Positions 27,537 to 32,000 of a stretch of 32,000 nucleotides of DNA are shown piece after piece. Origin of the DNA: Candidatus Heimdallarchaeota archaeon. GTDB lineage: Archaea; Asgardarchaeota; Heimdallarchaeia; JABLTI01. The number at the start of each line of letters is the position of its first letter. Positions within the stretch are counted from its first letter, which is position 1. The position numbers and the translations under genes were made by a program. The notes under the pieces are model-generated. The model made no database searches. It was not told the origin of the DNA and saw only the letters and a program-made list of their open reading frames with translations. The stretch covers positions 1 to 32,000 of the forward strand of contig JAUWKS010000013.1 of NCBI GenBank assembly GCA_030614005.1, written 5' to 3'.

Positions 27537-28334
27537 TTATTTGGCATATTCTTCTGTTGATGGTTCTTTGTACAAATTGCGAATGAAATTTGGCATTACA
27601 TAACCAAGATATGCAAATATACACATAAGAATCGCTGCGCCGTAAGCTATATAATAGAATGGTGTAAATCCTTCTATTGAAAAGATTGGCATCAATCCAT
27701 CACTGGCGGTCATAAAGTCAAGAGCGAAACATATGTAGGTTGTCGATCCAAAAATTGCTGATAGGATTATAAATCGGAATCCTGCTTTTTCCCATTTTAG
27801 CTCTGCAGCTCGAAGTGGTCGAATAGTTAAGAACATCAAAGCAAAGAACGATATGAAAGTCAATGCTAAATGGTAAAGTGTTGGTAAAAGAGTATATTCT
27901 GGATTAGGCCAGGTATTGAATGTAGCTCCAACCAATAAACCAATTGTAATACCGTTTAATGCTCCAAAAATAATTGGAATAAGCATTTTTGTTCTTCGAA
28001 ACATAGGTGATTGTGAAAAAACTAAAGCAACAAACAACATAATGAAGACGTTACTGAGAGCTGAAAATCCATAACCAATGTTGATACCAAAATCACTGAA
28101 TCCAATACTGGTATAACTTGTACTTGTAATTATTTCCTTATCAATTAAATATTGAATGAGTTTGCCAAGGAATAAACCAAGAGCGCCTATAACCCAGGCA
28201 TTAAAAGCAACTGCTAATGCAAGTGCAGCAACTCTTCTTCGATCGAAATACCTATAGTATAATGCTGCTACTACAAATGAAACAGCAAGAAAAGCTATTC
28301 CTTCGGTAATAACTGCTGCAAGTGGGACATCCAT
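27537..28334 (-). CDS. 7TM membrane protein, paralog B
   Basis: Seven hydrophobic segments. Start reassigned to the ATG at 28334 (MDVPLAA), 1 nt after the upstream stop. Shares many motifs with 28336-29166. Confidence 0.8.
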   Translation of the reverse strand: MDVPLAAVITEGIAFLAVSFVVAALYYRYFDRRRVAALALAVAFNAWVIGALGLFLGKLIQYLIDKEIITSTSYTSIGFSDFGINIGYGFSALSNVFIMLFVALVFSQSPMFRRTKMLIPIIFGALNGITIGLLVGATFNTWPNPEYTLLPTLYHLALTFISFFALMFLTIRPLRAAELKWEKAGFRFIILSAIFGSTTYICFALDFMTASDGLMPIFSIEGFTPFYYIAYGAAILMCIFAYLGYVMPNFIRNLYKEPSTEEYAK

Positions 28335-28335
28335 T

Positions 28336-29166
28336 TTAGTTAACCTCCGGCTCTTTAAGCAAATTACGTAACCTCTTTGGCATAGCATACCCTAGATATG
28401 CAAATGTACACATAAGTATAGCAAATACCCACCCAGAATAATTAAAGATTGTATAACCTAAGCCAAATATATCGGGGAGTATTAATGGAAATATGAGGTC
28501 TAAAACAAACATTACATAAATCATTATTCCTGAAAAACCATAGAGGATAATAAAGGTAAAACCTGTTCGTTCCCATCTCAATGAAGCATCTTTTCTTTCT
28601 TTATAACTAAGAGCTAAGAGTAATGTAAATGAGAAGAGGGTTAAGATCAAATGATAAATTGTTTGAGCTATTGGATATTGAGGGTTATATACTTCAGTTA
28701 TATCTGCTCCATCTGCAACAGTCTTTAAGCTTAAAGAAAGAGTATTAATAATTAACCCAATCGTAATTCCATTAAGAATAGCATTCACTAATGGAATTGT
28801 TTTCTTAGTTCGCCTGAACATTGGTGTTTGAGAAAAGATCTGCGAGATAAATAAAACCATAAACATGTTACTTGCTGCTGAGAAAAGATAACCAAGATTG
28901 ATGCCATATCTAGAGTATTGTATTTCTCCTGCTGGTATCAGCGTGTTGATGTCTGGCATATTAATGTAATGTAAAATGAAACCTAAAAATACTGCAATTC
29001 CACTTAATCCCCAAAAGAGAAAGGTTATTGTTAAAGTTAAAGCAGGTAATTTTTCTCTGGATAGATATTTAGCAAAAAGCATTATGACAACTGTAAAAAC
29101 AGCAACGATTACAAATCCTACTATAATTATTGAACCAAGTTTTGGATTTTGAGGTATATCAGCCAT
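28336..29166 (-). CDS. 7TM membrane protein, paralog A
   Basis: Seven hydrophobic segments; GGAGTGA SD; motifs shared with paralog B. Confidence 0.8.
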   Translation of the reverse strand: MADIPQNPKLGSIIIVGFVIVAVFTVVIMLFAKYLSREKLPALTLTITFLFWGLSGIAVFLGFILHYINMPDINTLIPAGEIQYSRYGINLGYLFSAASNMFMVLFISQIFSQTPMFRRTKKTIPLVNAILNGITIGLIINTLSLSLKTVADGADITEVYNPQYPIAQTIYHLILTLFSFTLLLALSYKERKDASLRWERTGFTFIILYGFSGIMIYVMFVLDLIFPLILPDIFGLGYTIFNYSGWVFAILMCTFAYLGYAMPKRLRNLLKEPEVN

Positions 29167-29181
29167 GTTTTTTCACTCCAT

Positions 29182-29652
29182 TTACCAAAGAGCATCTTTC
29201 ATTTTGTCAATTGGTGACAATTCCTTTTTGTGCCACTCAATCATTTCAAGCATGGATTTCTTGAATTCAGATATCTTAACAATATCAAAATCATTGGGAT
29301 CGTAGACCTTTTTAAATTTCACTGCTATCTCCTTTGCTACACTTTCCCATTGAGATAATATTTTGTCATCCATTGATGTTTTAAAAACAAAAGTAACTGA
29401 AATTCCTTTTTCAGCCAAAATTTGAGCAATCAATTGTTCATTTAAACCCAACTTGAAAACACCTCTCTCAAGTTTCGTTGCAATGTCACGTATTTGATTA
29501 AGAGATTCCGAAAAAGCATCAGAATTAGGGTCAATATCTCCTATCTGAGTAGCAATCAAGGCTTCTCCAATATCTTTTGAGAAAATAATCGCGTTCTCAA
29601 TCATTGTAATTTTTTCTCCATATGACGGATAATATTCATTTGAATTTTTCAT
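29182..29652 (-). CDS. Stand-alone longin-like domain protein
   Basis: By-eye order beta-beta-alpha-beta-beta-beta-alpha-alpha: IENAIIFSKDIGEALIA / helix / VFKLG, LIAQI, ISVTFVF / two helices. Possible start at 29604 (GGAG upstream). Confidence 0.65.
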   Translation of the reverse strand: MKNSNEYYPSYGEKITMIENAIIFSKDIGEALIATQIGDIDPNSDAFSESLNQIRDIATKLERGVFKLGLNEQLIAQILAEKGISVTFVFKTSMDDKILSQWESVAKEIAVKFKKVYDPNDFDIVKISEFKKSMLEMIEWHKKELSPIDKMKDALW

Positions 29653-29782
29653 TAAACACTAAAATATACTATTCTTTGAGTAAATAAAGTTCACCCTATT
29701 TGCAAATCCGAGGGAAAACATAGCTAAATCAAAATTAGCTTTATTTAGGAGTGAATTTATTGTTAATGAAGTGATTTGATTC

Positions 29783-30874
29783 ATGAATAAAACAAGCGAT
29801 ATTCAGTATTATTCTGCACCAGGGAGAGTGTGCCTCTATGGTGAACATCAAGATTATCTTAAATTGAAGGTCGTTCCTGCTGCTATTAATCTTCGAACAA
29901 TAGTCGGCATTAAAGATAATGGTCTAGAAAGTATTCGAGTTAAATCACGTGAAATGGGGTCTTCTGATGAATTCTCGATTTCAAAGAAGATAAATTTAGC
30001 AAAAAATGAATTTGATTATCTTCGAGCAATAATTATTACTATGCAAAAAGAAGATTTAGTTGATAATTTAACTGGATTAGATGTTACTATTGAAAGCAGT
30101 ATACCAATTGGATCGGGTTTATCATCTTCTGCGGCATTATTAGTTGCTTGGGCAACCGCACTAAATGATCGGTTCCAATTGGATTTAAATATAGAAAAAA
30201 TTGCACTACTTTGCTTTAAAGCAGAAAATCACATCTTAGGTGTGAATTGCGGGATAATGGATCAATATTCCTCTTCGTTAGGTGGTATTATTGGCCTTGA
30301 TTGCGATGGTCCACCATATGAGATTTCAAAATATACAACTGATTTTTCAGGGTTGATTATTGGAGATAGTTGTGTAAGACGTTCAGCAAACGAACCGTTA
30401 ACTGTTTTGAAAAATCAACTATATTCTGGAATTGAAAATTTGCAGAAGGTTACACCATTTAACTTGAAAAAAATTACCTTTGAGGAACTGAAGAGAGCTA
30501 AAGCATCTATTGCACCAAATGAGTACAAGAGGTTACATGGTACAATAGTTATTCGAGATTTAACTGAAGAAGCACTGCGAAATTTAGCTAAGAAAAATAC
30601 TCATAATTTACCCTTATTAGGAGAATTATTAACAAAACAACAAGATGCTCTGAGAGATTTATTAGAAGTATCCATTCCTGAATTAGATAACCTGGTTATT
30701 GCATCATTAAAAGCAGGTGCACTTGGAGCCAAGCTAACCGGGGCAGGATATGGTGGTTGTATTATTGCCCTTGCTCCCGGGAAAGAAAAGGAAGTTGCAG
30801 TTGCAATAGAAAATGCCGGTGGAAAAGCAATAATATGCCAAGTAGATCCTGAAGGTGGTAAAAAGGAGAAATAG
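29783..30874 (+). CDS. GHMP kinase, galactokinase-like
   Basis: APGRVCLYGEHQDY, PIGSGLSSSAA, CGIMDQY, GAKLTGAGYGGC. Confidence 0.88.
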   Translation: MNKTSDIQYYSAPGRVCLYGEHQDYLKLKVVPAAINLRTIVGIKDNGLESIRVKSREMGSSDEFSISKKINLAKNEFDYLRAIIITMQKEDLVDNLTGLDVTIESSIPIGSGLSSSAALLVAWATALNDRFQLDLNIEKIALLCFKAENHILGVNCGIMDQYSSSLGGIIGLDCDGPPYEISKYTTDFSGLIIGDSCVRRSANEPLTVLKNQLYSGIENLQKVTPFNLKKITFEELKRAKASIAPNEYKRLHGTIVIRDLTEEALRNLAKKNTHNLPLLGELLTKQQDALRDLLEVSIPELDNLVIASLKAGALGAKLTGAGYGGCIIALAPGKEKEVAVAIENAGGKAIICQVDPEGGKKEK

Positions 30875-30901
30875 CTAAAGAAGCCTATTTCTCAGAAAAA
30901 A

Positions 30902-31999
30902 TTATTTTCTTCCAACTAATCTTGGATTTATTTTACCTTCAAGAACAAGATATTCAATTTCTCTTTGAATGGTTTCAGGTGGGAAGTTCATCTGCGTTGA
31001 AACTTTATTAATATCGATGTTTCCAATGTCTTGGTAACCTAAAGCAAGTTTTGCAACTTCACTTCTGAGTTGAAGATATGAATAGAGTACTGTTGTGTCT
31101 CTGTTAAATACTGCCATGAACTTTTGTGGGAGATATTCGATACGAATTACGCTAAGAATTTCATCTAACCGTAATTTTGTTTTATTAGCTAAATCTGCAA
31201 CAACAGCTTTACCATTATCTAATAATTCTTTATCACACCATTGCAATACTTCAGAAAGCACATCACTTGAAACAAAAAGACCAATTTTGAAGTACCTTCC
31301 AGTGATCTCTTTACGAGCATATAGTTCTTGAATAAGAACATTGATTAAACGAGATATTGGTTGCGCTTCCATATATTCGTAAATACTAATTCTTCCTCGT
31401 TCAGTAATATCTGTCCGAACTTGTTCTTTGTAGATTTCTATGAATTCTTGAATATTCCTTTGGAATTTGATATTTACTAGATGTGCTTGTTGTAGTGTGC
31501 TGGCGAGGTTCCCTTCTTGGAAGGCTTCCAAAGATTTCTTGAGGGCTACAAATTTCTTATTTTTCAAAACACGCTGATCGTCAACTTTATCAAAAATTGC
31601 TTGAATGGCATTGAAATCCCAAATACGCAGTTTCTTTAGTGACGTTCTGATTAGTAGATCTAAGAATAAGTTAATGATTTTTGAATCAGAAGTAGCTTCA
31701 AGATATTTGAACATTAAACCATCATAAATCTTGGTTTCTTCAATAAAGCTTCCAGTTCGCTCATAAATATCTGTTGCAGCAAAAACATATGGAATAGAAT
31801 GGAAAATCAAATCTTTCTTACCAGAATTAAGCATTTTTTTAGCTTGGTCTAGTGCCTGAAATGCAATATCTTCTGCTTCTTCGATTTTATCTCTATTTGC
31901 ATAAACCATTCCAGGAACAAGATAACAAATATATCCATCTTCAATGGGTACAGTGTTGAAGAGATTCTGGATAGTTGTTGCTATGATTTGAATGCTATT
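30902..31999 (-). CDS. 5'-truncated alpha-helical protein with C-terminal tandem winged-helix/PCI-like domains
   Basis: The frame stays open from the track start at 31909 to the window edge (NSIQIIATTIQNLFNTVPIEDGYICYLVPG-M). C-terminus IDINKVSTQMNFPPETIQREIEYLVLEGKINPRL fits the PCI/WH pattern. Confidence 0.7.
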   Translation of the reverse strand, partial: NSIQIIATTIQNLFNTVPIEDGYICYLVPGMVYANRDKIEEAEDIAFQALDQAKKMLNSGKKDLIFHSIPYVFAATDIYERTGSFIEETKIYDGLMFKYLEATSDSKIINLFLDLLIRTSLKKLRIWDFNAIQAIFDKVDDQRVLKNKKFVALKKSLEAFQEGNLASTLQQAHLVNIKFQRNIQEFIEIYKEQVRTDITERGRISIYEYMEAQPISRLINVLIQELYARKEITGRYFKIGLFVSSDVLSEVLQWCDKELLDNGKAVVADLANKTKLRLDEILSVIRIEYLPQKFMAVFNRDTTVLYSYLQLRSEVAKLALGYQDIGNIDINKVSTQMNFPPETIQREIEYLVLEGKINPRLVGRK

Positions 32000-32000
32000 T

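Noticed and set aside
28335-28388. Track start of 7TM paralog B at 28388 overlapping paralog A
   Set aside because: The extra 18 codons overlap the upstream gene. The ATG at 28334 gives 1-nt spacing and aligns with paralog A's TM1.
27537-29166. Rhodopsin or heliorhodopsin identity for the 7TM pair
   Set aside because: No retinal-binding Lys in TM7 (AILMCxFAYLGY) and no DxxxK/SxxxK motif.
29722-29740. AGCTAA-N7-TTAGCT dyad in the longin/GHMP divergent promoter
   Set aside because: Six-bp arms, single occurrence, expected by chance in AT-rich DNA.
1-32000. Selenocysteine or pyrrolysine readthrough; programmed frameshifts
   Set aside because: At the TGA/TAG-ending genes I inspected, the proteins already look complete and I saw no homologous continuation. 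The truncated MBL ORF ends in TAA with no recoverable frame.
1-32000. CRISPR array, IS/transposase, integrase, tRNA or rRNA
   Set aside because: No regularly spaced repeat-spacer array, transposase or recombinase motifs, or GC-rich structured RNA segments were seen.

Overview
AT-rich (roughly one-third GC by eye), gene-dense archaeal chromosomal segment, most consistent with an Asgard archaeon (inference). The basis is archaeal-type uS12/uS7, NAC, PyrH, Cgi121 and SEC11, GGTGA-type Shine-Dalgarno motifs, plus several eukaryotic-signature-like proteins: a ubiquitin ending in GG, a longin-fold protein and an alpha-solenoid/winged-helix PCI-like protein. Housekeeping content: A/V-ATPase H(G) and F, PUA/PAPS-reductase Fe-S protein, nac, mtnA, PurR-like HTH-PRTase, class-V PLP enzyme, rps12-rps7, CPBP protease, pyrH, grpE-dnaK, pyrD-pyrK, sec11-larE-larB, THUMP, cgi121, PRTase and a GHMP kinase. 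I found no rRNA, tRNA, CRISPR array or mobile element. Best leads: (1) a tight operon of a stand-alone longin protein plus two paralogous output-less 7TM proteins (27537-29652), a candidate receptor/longin signalling module; (2) a SEC11 signal peptidase fused to an extra TM plus beta-rich domain with the topology of eukaryotic SPC22/23; (3) uS7 with a ~136-aa Lys/Glu/Ala-rich, internally duplicated N-terminal tail; (4) an orphan ubiquitin downstream of larE-larB; (5) possible LIM-like, gelsolin-like and PCI/UFL1-like proteins. All fold assignments are by eye from motifs and need HMM or structure confirmation.
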